Below, piece after piece: positions 24,516 through 34,668 of a stretch of 37,911 nt of DNA. Both the position numbers and the translations under genes were made by a program. Positions within the stretch are counted from its first letter, which is position 1. Each line of letters begins with the position of its first letter. Location of the stretch: contig DAOVPZ010000001.1 in NCBI GenBank assembly GCA_030628975.1, positions 1 through 37,911 on the forward strand. Reading direction: 5' to 3'. Below the pieces are notes generated by a model that was not told the origin of the DNA, made no database searches, and saw only the letters and a program-made list of their open reading frames with translations. The DNA is from Candidatus Cloacimonadota bacterium (GTDB taxonomy: Bacteria > Cloacimonadota > Cloacimonadia > JGIOTU-2).

Positions 24516-26323
24516 TGGTTTGCCTTCTTGAATTGAAATAGAGATAATAAAACAATTATGTTGAGTTCTTGATTTTCTGGAAATTCTTTTACAACATTCT
24601 TCTCAATATCTACTCCTTGAGGAATAAAATAATTCTTAGGAATAAAAAGTTTTTTTTGAATAGATAATTCACGATAATCAATCACATCATTAAAATCCCA
24701 TAATAAACCTTTTTCTTGATGTTTATAATAATCATTAAAATACACAGCAATTTCTTGTGTTAGTGAGCCAAGCCTAAAAGATTTGAATTGCTTAAAATAC
24801 TGCTGCGAAAAATAATCATTTAGATCAGATTTATCCAAATTAAGATATATATTAAAATCATCGAGATGAATATTTTCAAAATCATTAGCTGTTGGGATAA
24901 AGAAAATCATCTTCTGTTTGGTAGAGAAAATATTATCTGTTAAATCCTGAGGAGAATTTTCTGTAATTAGCTTTAGACTATCTAAAGATCTTTGTACATA
25001 TTCATATGAGATATTAGTTATCTTTAAGTTAATATAATTAAGATTTCGTTTCCAAATGGAAAGTGGGATTTTCTTATAATCTTGATTAAGGACATTAATT
25101 ATCTTTGCATAACCTTCATCACAAAGATCTTTAATTTCTTTTTTCTTGTTTGATTTTTTCTTTATCCATTTCAATAAAATAACTGTTGATGATATAATTA
25201 ATGCTATTAGAATTGAAGATGGGAGGTCTAATTTTACTTTAAAATGTATTAAAAAGAAAATTATAATTAATAGGATAATGAATAAGTTTAAAATTGTTTT
25301 ATAAGCAAATATGAATTTAAAAAAATTCTTAAATCTCTTATTATATTCATCTAACTCGTCGTTAATTGAATTGGAAAATTTTTGAAATTGTTCTGTAAGA
25401 TTTTCCTTTGCTTCTTCTCTGATTTTTTCAATAAAATTAAAGTTTTGGGACAATGATCTTTTTAATTCTCTAATTTTATGTTTGATATTTTCCTTGAAAT
25501 CGACTAATTTAATCAGTAAGTTTTTGGCACCTTTTATTCTTAACTCTGGTGAAATTGTAGTTATTCTGTTAGATAATTTTTGATTACGAATCGATGTAAG
25601 TATCTTAACTATTTCATACATTTTATTATCATTCAAGTTTTCATCAATTATATTATCAATGGTTCTTTCATCAACTTCAATTTTTAGTTCCTTATCGACA
25701 TCAATATCAAAAGGATTATATAAAAGATAATTAATTTTGAATTGAGTAATATCTAAATCTTCTTTGATAATAGTATATTCAGGAAGAGAAATTCCATTTT
25801 CTTGAGAAATAGTTTTTTGGTAAACCTCATTCATTTTCTGGGGCAATTTAAGAATATTGTCTGGAAGAAAAGTTCTTATTGATAGGACACCATTTAGGTC
25901 GGTTTCTAAATCAGGAAAGATTTGATAAACGGAATAAAGAATCAGCTCTGTTTCTGCATAAGAGATAGGTGTTTTATCAGCTAAATGATAATCATAAAAA
26001 AGAGGACCAGATATCAAACCAGATTTTTTTTTATTACTAATGACATTTTCAATATTTTTATTCCTTTTATGTAAAACGAATAAGACTCTATTATGACTAT
26101 GAACATTGAAAAAATTCCAGAATTTATTGTTTTCATCAGGAAATTCATCTTCATCCTGAATATCTAATATGATAACTATCTCATCTTTTTTTTTAATTTC
26201 TAATTTTAAATTGTTTATTATATCAACTAAATTTCCACAGAAAGCATTAATTCCGAAGTAATTTGAGAACTTAAGATTTCCACCTAAAATCCATAAGATT
26301 TTATTTTTCTTTCTATAATCCAC
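24512..26323 (-). CDS. Hypothetical membrane protein (603 aa, two central TM helices)
   Basis: Central hydrophobic segments are FIFAYKTILNLFIILLIIIFFLIHF and ILIALIISSTVILLKWI. Flanking regions are helical and Lys/Asn-rich. The gene overlaps both neighbours (4 nt and 11 nt). Confidence 0.55.
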   Translation of the reverse strand: MDYRKKNKILWILGGNLKFSNYFGINAFCGNLVDIINNLKLEIKKKDEIVIILDIQDEDEFPDENNKFWNFFNVHSHNRVLFVLHKRNKNIENVISNKKKSGLISGPLFYDYHLADKTPISYAETELILYSVYQIFPDLETDLNGVLSIRTFLPDNILKLPQKMNEVYQKTISQENGISLPEYTIIKEDLDITQFKINYLLYNPFDIDVDKELKIEVDERTIDNIIDENLNDNKMYEIVKILTSIRNQKLSNRITTISPELRIKGAKNLLIKLVDFKENIKHKIRELKRSLSQNFNFIEKIREEAKENLTEQFQKFSNSINDELDEYNKRFKNFFKFIFAYKTILNLFIILLIIIFFLIHFKVKLDLPSSILIALIISSTVILLKWIKKKSNKKKEIKDLCDEGYAKIINVLNQDYKKIPLSIWKRNLNYINLKITNISYEYVQRSLDSLKLITENSPQDLTDNIFSTKQKMIFFIPTANDFENIHLDDFNIYLNLDKSDLNDYFSQQYFKQFKSFRLGSLTQEIAVYFNDYYKHQEKGLLWDFNDVIDYRELSIQKKLFIPKNYFIPQGVDIEKNVVKEFPENQELNIIVLLSLFQFKKANQ

Positions 26324-29300
26324 TTATTCCTGTATGTTCTTTAATTATTGCATCCATATCACTTTTTGAATCACAATAAAATTTTCCATCATAAGAGGAA
26401 ACTTCCCCATTCTTTAATCTTTTTACCTTAACTTTCTCTTTCAAATGTGTCCAAATATTATATGCAGTGATATTTCCTTTTGTTTTAGGTGGTTTTAATG
26501 AATCAAGTTGCTTATCAACATCAACCAATAAACCATTATACTTATTTAATTGATCTGTCCCAGAAAGTGATATATCATAGATTTCTTTTCTTATTTTTAA
26601 TTTTATCTCTTCTTTTATATTATCTGCTATTTTATCTCTTATTTTGTACATTGCTTCAGTGATTCTGCCCAAGTTTGTTTCGCCATAATAATAAGTTTTT
26701 CCTTTGGCTTTCCCCTTTTTTGCACGATGAATAATTCTAAAGCCTAATGCCATCAAGAATAGAAAATCACTAAATGCAAAGCGTGAAGGTTTTTCTATAT
26801 CATCTTTCCATTCATTAAGAAACCTCATATCACCAAAAGGAATAGTACTTGCTTTTCCAGATTTATAAAGTTCATAGGATGAATCTTTCACAGTATTTAA
26901 TAGATATAAGGGGGCACCAAATTGATATGAAAATAGGATAAGACGGAATTGATCGGAATTCATGTCATTTTGGTTATTAAAAACATCTAAAGGAAGATCT
27001 AAATCCGGATGTCGAAAAATTGCGGGAAATTCTTGATTTAATTCAGGAAGACGGAATTCTTTTCTTTTTTCTTCGTTAGAAAATGACCAGAAAGGTTTTA
27101 CTAAATTCCCTAAGGATTTAAAAAATCCTTTGAGAGCAATGTTTATCCATTCTTCTTCACTTAGTTTTTTGTCTTCCAGTGCACCTATTGTCTGAGAACC
27201 AACTTCATAGGAAAGTAATTTAATAAATTTTGCTTTTTCTTCTGGATAACTGAGAAGACCATTATATTCCTTATGTTTTCCTTGGAAATACTTTCTTAAA
27301 GAATGGTCAATCCTAAAATATTTATTTACAGTTTCTTCAATTATTGTATTCAACTTACTCTGGATAATATTATCAAGTTCATCAACAGCATTAATTATGA
27401 TTTTGTCTAAATTTCTGCCTTTGGTTTCAGCTAAGTCTGCATAAATTTCTTGATAATAGAAGTTAATTCCCTTTAATTCTTTATTACTGATAGACATACC
27501 AGACCAAAGAGATAATTTCAACTGATTATCAATATCTTTTTGTTGTAAATCTTTAATAACATTCTTTAAATCATCTACTTCTATTGGGACACTTAGCAAG
27601 AGAGGATACTCTTTCTTTTCAAATTTTTCAGGATCAATAATATTACTTTTATCATAGTGATACCTTGCTTTGAGTTCTTGATATTTACTTTGAAGTTTTT
27701 CATAAATAGCTTTTACTGATTCTACCTGGGAAATCCTGTTTTGCACTATTTCTCGTAGGGTGTGATAAAATGTTTTGAGTTCATCCAATAGGATATCACT
27801 TGTATAAGCATATAAATAAGTATTAGGATTAACTATATTTCTGAAGCCGCTATAAGCAATCCATTCATCAATCAATCCTCTGAATTTATTCCTTTTGAGA
27901 AAAAACTTAGTTGGATTGGTTGGAAATTCACCAAGGTTTTTAATAATATTATTCATGTGTTCAATACGAATGGAATAGGATACTTTAGTTTGATATTTTG
28001 TTTCAACTTTGTTTATTTGAAATTCGATCTTTGTTGTAAGATTTTCAAGATATTGAAGAATGCCTGTAAAATCAAATGTTTGTTGGATATTAGAAGAAAT
28101 TTGAGTCGAAATTTCGTTTCTAAACACATCTTTCTTTGTTAATAAAAATCTATTAATTTCTGATTTCCAGATTGACATTCGATCTCTTATTCCATTTAAT
28201 TCTGTAAGATTGTATTCGGTTAAATTATAATTAAATGTATCTAAATTTCGTGAGCTGCCAACATCGGAAGCAATAGTAGCTGCATAATTTATTAACTCTT
28301 TATAAGATCTATGAGATTTTAATTCATTAGATAATTGACCAGCATCCTCTTCATATATTTTAAGCTGTTTCAAAATTTTTGTGGTATCTTCTAAATCAGT
28401 TCTTTCAAATCCATTGTAAAATTCGTTAATGAATGCCCCTTTAACCCAATTTGAAATTTCTTCATAGGGTACTGTAATTAAAGAAACTGCTGCACTACCG
28501 TAACGTAGTGCTCTTTTAGTTTTTTCCTTCATATGAGTTTCATCTAAATGACCAAAAAACGAAATAATATTTTGCAAACATACTTTGGTGTCTGGAATGG
28601 ATAATGTAAATAATAACCAAGAAGCAAAATCCATGTATTGATCAGGTAAAGCCTGATTGCCAGTAGGTATGAATACGCGCCCATCTAAATTTGTTTCATC
28701 AAGGAGAAATACCATATCAAAAAGTCTGTTAAATTGTTTTTTGGTTGTTGGTAATTTACAATCAAAATATTTCATTTCATATTCTTGGGGCCTTTCCATC
28801 CATCGTTCAAGTTCAGTAAGGGCACCAAAAGCCACAGTTTTGGCTCCTTTATATCCTGCTTTTTCCCAGATATTACCATGAATTAAGACAGAAAATAACT
28901 TATAATTTTCACGAGTACCAATTAAGTTTCTTAGTAAAAAGCCAACATCAATGAACATACCCGCACCAGTTCCCCCACCACTCGAATTTATCAGATATAT
29001 TTTGTGTTCAACTGCTCTGTCGGCTTCTCTAGCTTCTACTCTAGTAGCGCTTCTAAGAACTTTCTCTAATTCATCTCTTAATAAATTGAAATTATGCCAG
29101 AAAATGATCCTACCATTGGCTCTATGCTTCCCAGCCGCATTTCCAGAAACAAGAGCACATTCAGGGTAATAACCTTCTTTCCACCATTTTTTAAATATAT
29201 CATCATCTTTCCAATGTGTATTTATTACATCTTGAGGATTAGAAATACTTACTTGAGTAAAATCAATACTTTGAGTAATTCCAATATTGGGATTATCTAT

Positions 29301-29429
29301 ATCAATACCATGAAATATAACCTCTTTTTCTCCATGTACTTTTGTAAATGTAAAACGACTATATTTTTCTTTGATTCTTGTAACTACATTTACACCTGTG
29401 CCACCAAGACCGATAAATATAGTAGCCAT
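26313..29429 (-). CDS. Large tubulin/FtsZ-superfamily GTPase-like protein (Tubulin_2 / FtsZ-like-1 type, 1038 aa)
   Basis: N-terminal IFIGLGGTGVNVV (T1-like GxGxxG), GNAAGKHRANGRIIFW, and the tubulin signature INSSGGGTGAGMFID (GGGTGAG at 28959-28979). These are followed by a ~800-aa helical extension. Confidence 0.65.
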   Translation of the reverse strand: MATIFIGLGGTGVNVVTRIKEKYSRFTFTKVHGEKEVIFHGIDIDNPNIGITQSIDFTQVSISNPQDVINTHWKDDDIFKKWWKEGYYPECALVSGNAAGKHRANGRIIFWHNFNLLRDELEKVLRSATRVEAREADRAVEHKIYLINSSGGGTGAGMFIDVGFLLRNLIGTRENYKLFSVLIHGNIWEKAGYKGAKTVAFGALTELERWMERPQEYEMKYFDCKLPTTKKQFNRLFDMVFLLDETNLDGRVFIPTGNQALPDQYMDFASWLLFTLSIPDTKVCLQNIISFFGHLDETHMKEKTKRALRYGSAAVSLITVPYEEISNWVKGAFINEFYNGFERTDLEDTTKILKQLKIYEEDAGQLSNELKSHRSYKELINYAATIASDVGSSRNLDTFNYNLTEYNLTELNGIRDRMSIWKSEINRFLLTKKDVFRNEISTQISSNIQQTFDFTGILQYLENLTTKIEFQINKVETKYQTKVSYSIRIEHMNNIIKNLGEFPTNPTKFFLKRNKFRGLIDEWIAYSGFRNIVNPNTYLYAYTSDILLDELKTFYHTLREIVQNRISQVESVKAIYEKLQSKYQELKARYHYDKSNIIDPEKFEKKEYPLLLSVPIEVDDLKNVIKDLQQKDIDNQLKLSLWSGMSISNKELKGINFYYQEIYADLAETKGRNLDKIIINAVDELDNIIQSKLNTIIEETVNKYFRIDHSLRKYFQGKHKEYNGLLSYPEEKAKFIKLLSYEVGSQTIGALEDKKLSEEEWINIALKGFFKSLGNLVKPFWSFSNEEKRKEFRLPELNQEFPAIFRHPDLDLPLDVFNNQNDMNSDQFRLILFSYQFGAPLYLLNTVKDSSYELYKSGKASTIPFGDMRFLNEWKDDIEKPSRFAFSDFLFLMALGFRIIHRAKKGKAKGKTYYYGETNLGRITEAMYKIRDKIADNIKEEIKLKIRKEIYDISLSGTDQLNKYNGLLVDVDKQLDSLKPPKTKGNITAYNIWTHLKEKVKVKRLKNGEVSSYDGKFYCDSKSDMDAIIKEHTGISGL

Positions 29430-29463
29430 AATTAACTCCTTTTGTTTTGATTAATTTTGATAA

Positions 29464-30792
29464 TTATTTTTTATACTGATATCTTACTGTTATTTTTGCA
29501 TATTCTATGCTGTCACCAGACCTTAGAATGATTGGGCTTTTAGATACTGGCATCCCATTTTTGGTAAAATTCTCCTTTTGATTTGGAGAAAGTGAGAATT
29601 TAATCTTTACCTTATTCTTAGATGAATCTGGACAAACCTTAATTGATGGTGGTATTCCCCAACCTTTTCTTAAATCATTAATTGATTTACAGGATTTTCC
29701 ATATAATCTTTTAGGAAACTCATTGCCATCCTTAATAAAAATAAGTTCTCCATGAAAAGATGGAATGGATTTATAAATAATAATAAATATAATAATAGCT
29801 AATAGAATTGCTCCTAAAATATACCAAAAAGTATAATTTGGAATTTTTACAATATATGTAATTACAAATGTATTAGGTTTAATAGTCCCTTTTTTATTAA
29901 GCATTGTAAATTCTATTTTGAATTTATGTTTTCCCTCAGAAAGATCATCAGGTGTATAGGTAATATTGAAATCATTCATTTTTGTTGTTAACAACAGTTC
30001 TTCTTCTTTATTATCAAGTTTTGCTTTTACTTCGCAAGCTTTGGTAATTGATATAATTTTAAAATGTAGACTAAAACTTTCCTTTTTTGCTTGTATTAAT
30101 TTGAACCTCTCCTTTTCTAATTCTAATTTAATTTCTTTTGGTATAATTGGTTCGGGTTCCGGCACTTCGGGTTTGATTACAACTTTTACTCTTTCTGATT
30201 CGCTTTCCATATCACTTATTTCCTCTGGTGCTTCAGTGCCAAAAGAAATATAATAAATATATGAATTCAATGAGTCAATTTTATTCGGACTAAAATATTT
30301 ATTTAATATTTCCTTAAAGTGTTCTGGTTTTTCACCTAAATATGAAGGAGGTTGATTTTTTCCATCTGTAAAAATATAAATATATTTTCTTGTATTAGGA
30401 TATAGTTTGTGTAATTCATTAAGTCTTTTAGCTAATCGATCAAATGCAGCGCTCATATGAGTCCAGTCTTCGTTAAAATCTAAAAAAGAGAATTGGTTAT
30501 ATATTCTTTCTTTATCCTCAACATTATCAATTTTATCATCATAGATTAAACTAATTTTTTCACCAAATCCTATTATCAATAAACTAGAACCAAGTGGAAC
30601 TTCTTTGCTTATAAAGTATTGCAATTCCTTTTTTACTTTTACATCTAAACCTACATCTTTCATACTTCGTGATATATCAACAAGAAAAAAGTAGATATCA
30701 TTATCAGATGATTCAGCCTTAATCTCAATTGTCTGAAATAAAAAAAGAAAGAAGATAATAGCAATTGAAATATAGATATTTTTGTTTGTCAT
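29464..30792 (-). CDS. Secreted/membrane-anchored von Willebrand factor A (vWA) domain protein with a C-terminal cytoplasmic beta-rich domain
   Basis: Signal peptide IAIIFFLFLFQTIEIKA. MIDAS-type FFLVDISRSM (DxSxS) ... THMSAA ... IYIFTDG. TM helix WYILGAILLAIIIFIIIY. The ~100-aa tail (GELIFIKDG...ILRSGDSIEYAKITVRY) could be FHA-like. Confidence 0.65.
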   Translation of the reverse strand: MTNKNIYISIAIIFFLFLFQTIEIKAESSDNDIYFFLVDISRSMKDVGLDVKVKKELQYFISKEVPLGSSLLIIGFGEKISLIYDDKIDNVEDKERIYNQFSFLDFNEDWTHMSAAFDRLAKRLNELHKLYPNTRKYIYIFTDGKNQPPSYLGEKPEHFKEILNKYFSPNKIDSLNSYIYYISFGTEAPEEISDMESESERVKVVIKPEVPEPEPIIPKEIKLELEKERFKLIQAKKESFSLHFKIISITKACEVKAKLDNKEEELLLTTKMNDFNITYTPDDLSEGKHKFKIEFTMLNKKGTIKPNTFVITYIVKIPNYTFWYILGAILLAIIIFIIIYKSIPSFHGELIFIKDGNEFPKRLYGKSCKSINDLRKGWGIPPSIKVCPDSSKNKVKIKFSLSPNQKENFTKNGMPVSKSPIILRSGDSIEYAKITVRYQYKK

Positions 30793-30908
30793 AAAAACTG
30801 CTCCTTTTTATATAAGAATCTTTTTTTCATTTTAATAATTATTAATATTAATTGTCAATAAAAAAAATTATCTATTAACATTCAAAAATAAGAATTGAAA
30901 AATTAATT

Positions 30909-30931
30909 AAAATAACTTGACTATCAAGAAT
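30909..30931 (+). promoter_or_regulatory. Conserved motif AAAATAACTTGACTATCAAGAATT (palindrome CTTGA-CTA-TCAAG at 30916-30928) in the divergent intergenic region
   Basis: It matches 1988-2008. It lies between the divergently transcribed vWA operon (-) and the 31001 gene (+). Confidence 0.35.
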
Positions 30932-31000
30932 TATACATTTTTTTGATGGAAAAAGATTCATAGGATTATTGTCTGCAGAAAAAGTATAAAAGTAGGAAAA

Positions 31001-34000
31001 ATGGCTAATGTAAAGATCACACTAAATGGAAAAGAAACTATTGCGAATGAGAACCAAACTATACTTGAAGTAGCAAGAGAAAATAATATTACGATTCCAA
31101 CTTTATGTTATGATCATTATTTAAAACCCTTTGAAACCTGTTGGCTTTGTTTGGTAGAAATAAAAAGTGAAAAAAGATTTGTGCCTTCCTGCTCAACAAA
31201 AGTTCAAGAAGGAATGGAAATTGAGACTGACAATACTGATGTCCATATCTTGAGAAGAAAGGTTTTAGAACTTTTACTATCAGAACATTATGCAGATTGT
31301 GTAGCACCATGTACATTTAAATGTCCAGCTCATGTTGATATTCAGGGATATATTGCATTAGTGCATAATGGATTATATCATGAAGCTGTGAAATTGATAA
31401 AAGAACGACTTCCTCTCCCCCTTTCTGTTAGTAGAATTTGCTCAGCATTTTGTGAAAAAGAATGTCGGAGACAGCTGGTTGATGAGCCAATTGCTATTCG
31501 TCAGATTCAACGATACACAGCAGATAAAGATATTGAGGATGCTTTTAATACATATATACCTGAAAAAAAACCAAGCACAGGCAAAGAAGTTGTAATTGTA
31601 GGTGCCGGTCCTGCTGGTTTAACTGTTGCTTATTATCTAACTCTTAATGGTCATAAATGTACAATTTTTGAAGCTAATCCAGAAAGTGGGGGTACGCTTC
31701 GTTATGGAATTCCAGAATTTCAATTGCCTAAAAAGATATTGAGAAAAGAAATTGAATTAATTGAAAAATTAGGTGTTGATATAAAAAATAATGAGAGGTT
31801 GGGAAGGGATTTTACACTTCAATTTCTTTTTAAAGAATATGATGCAATTTTCTTAGGGCTTGGTGTACAAAATTCCATAAAGATGAAGATAGAGGGGGAA
31901 GACCTTAATGGGTGTTATTATGGAGTAGAATTTCTGAAAGGAGTAATTGAAGGAAAATCCACCAACAAGCGGATCGGAAATGTTATTGCTGTAATTGGTG
32001 GTGAAAATACAGCTATAGATGTTGCAAGAACTGCTATTCGTCTTGGAGGGGAGAAAGTTATGATAATTTATGATAGATCAGAAAAACTTATGATTGTAGA
32101 AAAAGAGCAAATCGAAATAGCAAAAGAAGAAGGAGTAGAACTACACTGTTTGCTAAGTCCCACCAAAATTCTTGGCAAAGAAGGAAAAGTTGTTGGTATG
32201 CAATGTGTGAAACTGGGATTGAGTGAACCAGACAGAAGTGGATATCAACGTACCATTCCACTCCCAAATTCTGAATTCATAATGAAAGTAGATAATGTTA
32301 TTTTTGCTATTACTCGTATTCCTGATACTCAATTTTTGCTGAATGAAACTTCAGAAATCGAATCTCAATACCTTAAATTAACAAAAGAACATACTTTGAT
32401 AATCAATGAAAAAACCAAGCAAACAAATATTCCAAAGATATTTGCTGGTGGTGATGTAACTCGCGGTCCTTCAACAGCAATTGAAAGTGTTGCAGATGGA
32501 TATATTGCTGCCCAAAGTATGAATAAATTCTTATCAGGTGAGAAAATTAAACCAGAGAAAGATATATTTTATAATAAAAAAGCTGAATCTGTAACTCAAT
32601 TATCTCCAAATGAGTATGAAACATACAATAAGAAACAACGTATCAGAAGTGTCATTACTGATGTTGAAGCAAGAATAGAATGTTTTGAAGAAGTGGAAAA
32701 GGTTTTCACAGAAAAGGAAGTTTTTGATGAGAGTGAAAGATGTTTGGAGTGTGGATGTTCAGTAAATAAAACCTGTTCATTACGAAAGTATGCGGAAGAC
32801 TATAATGCAATAGCAACAAGATTAATAGGAGAAGGAAATAAACATCCAATTGATGATAGTCACCCATTTATTCTTAGAGATCCAAACAAGTGTATCAAAT
32901 GTGGAAGATGTATTCAAACTTGTTTGGAAATTCAAGGTGTTGGTGCGTTAGGGTTTATTTCTGCGGGTTTTCCTACTTTGGTTACTCCGGAGTTTGGAAA
33001 GTCTCTTCTTAAAACATCTTGTGAAAGCTGTGGAAAATGTATTGATGTCTGCCCTGTCGGAGCTTTAACATCAAGAAATACTAAAATCAAAACAGCTCCT
33101 ATTAGTTTTTCAGAAACCGTAACAACTTGTGGATTATGTGGATGTGGCTGTCAGATAAAATTTATGAATGTAGGGAATCGAATTATGAAAGCTGAAGGAG
33201 CAAAAAGTCTCATTACTGATAATAATGTCTGCTTTAATGCACACTTTGGTTATGAGGTATTACAATATAATGATAGATTAGCTTCTCCACTTATTAGAAA
33301 AGAAAACAAATTACAAAAATGTAGTTGGGATGAAGCTTTTGAATTGATATCTGCCAAACTTCCAGAGTTAGACATGAACTGTGCACTTTTCAGCAATGGA
33401 AACTTCACTAATGAGGAGTATTATCTTATTGACCTGATTGCTAAGAAATTTGAAATTACTAAGAGATATTCTTGGGAATTGAATGGCTCAATTATTCAAG
33501 ATACATTAGGAATAAACTATTCTCCAAATCCAACATCTTATTTGTTACAAGCTGATTTAATAGTATTGATTGGTGATATACCTCATACTCTTGGAATAAA
33601 GATTATTCAAGCAGTGAAGGTAGGTAAAAAATTATTATTAATAAATCCAGATGAAAGTAAATTCTCATCCCGCCCCGTTCTCCGTAGTACTACGAAGGGT
33701 GAATATATCGGGACAGATTATCATATAAAATCAGATAATTATATTGAGATATTTAATCAGTTTGCAAAATATTTAGTTAGTAATAGACACCATAATGTTG
33801 AATATATAGTGAAATGTGTTGAAAATTTTGTTGAATATAATCATACTCTCCAAACATCCGTTGTTCAATCTGATGATAATAAATATGCTGAAATAATTGC
33901 AAATGCAGGAAAAATTATTTTTGTTTATTCTGAATCATCATTAGATTATCATACTCAATGTTCAATTTTTAACTTAAGTATGCTAATTGGTAATGTTGGT

Positions 34001-34588
34001 GAAGAAGGTTCAGGAGTTATTACCTGTTCCGAGTTGGCAAATAAACCAACTTTACAGTATTATGGCTTTGTCTCACCGAAAAATCTGAAAAGTATCAACT
34101 CTGCTTTGATTTTTGGTGAAGATCCATTGTATGACAACAAACTTGAAACCTATAATTGGCTTAATGGCTTAGACTTTCTATTAGTTGCTGATAATTATCT
34201 TACAGAGACTGCAAAGATGGCAAATATTGTTTTACCTCTTTCAACATTTGTGGAAACCAATGGCACATTAGTAAATAGCAATAATGTAGTGCAGTCTATC
34301 AATAAAGTGTCTTCTCCTCCTGGTGGTAAGGAAAGTTGGCAAATATTTAATACGATTTTGGATTCCCGGATGAAATTCGAAGATTTAATAGAAGTAACGG
34401 AGAAAAATTATTCAAATAATGAAATGTTACAGGAAAGTAGATTTAATTTATCTGAAACAGGAAAGAAAATAAGTTTAAAATTTGAGGATAAAAAAGCAAT
34501 ATCCAAAGCTGCTATCAATTATAATAGCTGTAGAAAAAGAATAAATGATTTGAAGAAAAATAAATTAAGCATGTTATCCTCAACTTGA
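31001..34588 (+). CDS. Multi-domain Fe-S flavoprotein: 2Fe-2S ferredoxin / GltD-like NAD(P)H-FAD oxidoreductase / 4Fe-4S clusters / molybdopterin-oxidoreductase-like (NuoG or FdhA-like) domain
   Basis: ITIPTLCYDHYLKPFETCWLCLVEI (2Fe-2S). CTFKCPAHVDIQGY...RICSAFCEKECRR (GltD-type clusters). VVIVGAGPAGLTVAYYL and FAGGDV (FAD/NAD folds). CIKCGRCIQTC and CESCGKCIDVCPVGA (4Fe-4S). TTCGLCGCGC (Mo-oxidoreductase Fe4S4 domain). Confidence 0.8.
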   Translation: MANVKITLNGKETIANENQTILEVARENNITIPTLCYDHYLKPFETCWLCLVEIKSEKRFVPSCSTKVQEGMEIETDNTDVHILRRKVLELLLSEHYADCVAPCTFKCPAHVDIQGYIALVHNGLYHEAVKLIKERLPLPLSVSRICSAFCEKECRRQLVDEPIAIRQIQRYTADKDIEDAFNTYIPEKKPSTGKEVVIVGAGPAGLTVAYYLTLNGHKCTIFEANPESGGTLRYGIPEFQLPKKILRKEIELIEKLGVDIKNNERLGRDFTLQFLFKEYDAIFLGLGVQNSIKMKIEGEDLNGCYYGVEFLKGVIEGKSTNKRIGNVIAVIGGENTAIDVARTAIRLGGEKVMIIYDRSEKLMIVEKEQIEIAKEEGVELHCLLSPTKILGKEGKVVGMQCVKLGLSEPDRSGYQRTIPLPNSEFIMKVDNVIFAITRIPDTQFLLNETSEIESQYLKLTKEHTLIINEKTKQTNIPKIFAGGDVTRGPSTAIESVADGYIAAQSMNKFLSGEKIKPEKDIFYNKKAESVTQLSPNEYETYNKKQRIRSVITDVEARIECFEEVEKVFTEKEVFDESERCLECGCSVNKTCSLRKYAEDYNAIATRLIGEGNKHPIDDSHPFILRDPNKCIKCGRCIQTCLEIQGVGALGFISAGFPTLVTPEFGKSLLKTSCESCGKCIDVCPVGALTSRNTKIKTAPISFSETVTTCGLCGCGCQIKFMNVGNRIMKAEGAKSLITDNNVCFNAHFGYEVLQYNDRLASPLIRKENKLQKCSWDEAFELISAKLPELDMNCALFSNGNFTNEEYYLIDLIAKKFEITKRYSWELNGSIIQDTLGINYSPNPTSYLLQADLIVLIGDIPHTLGIKIIQAVKVGKKLLLINPDESKFSSRPVLRSTTKGEYIGTDYHIKSDNYIEIFNQFAKYLVSNRHHNVEYIVKCVENFVEYNHTLQTSVVQSDDNKYAEIIANAGKIIFVYSESSLDYHTQCSIFNLSMLIGNVGEEGSGVITCSELANKPTLQYYGFVSPKNLKSINSALIFGEDPLYDNKLETYNWLNGLDFLLVADNYLTETAKMANIVLPLSTFVETNGTLVNSNNVVQSINKVSSPPGGKESWQIFNTILDSRMKFEDLIEVTEKNYSNNEMLQESRFNLSETGKKISLKFEDKKAISKAAINYNSCRKRINDLKKNKLSMLSST

Positions 34589-34617
34589 TTGGGGATAAGT
34601 AATATTCCTGGATATTA

Positions 34618-34655
34618 TTATGCCCGAGGATGTCCATCCCTGGGCATTATTTTAT
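34618..34655. terminator. Hairpin between convergent genes (possible bidirectional terminator)
   Basis: ATGCCCGAGG (34620-34629) and CCCTGGGCAT (34638-34647) form an imperfect stem. It is flanked by T/A-rich runs on both sides. Confidence 0.4.
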
Positions 34656-34668
34656 ATTTATATTTTAT

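Noticed and set aside
8110-30792. Prophage, ICE or transposon interpretation of the accessory region
   Set aside because: I could not recognise an integrase, transposase, recombinase, or any capsid, tail or conjugation gene. I also found no terminal inverted or direct repeats delimiting the whole region. Only local scars are visible (the REC remnant and the ITPase remnant).
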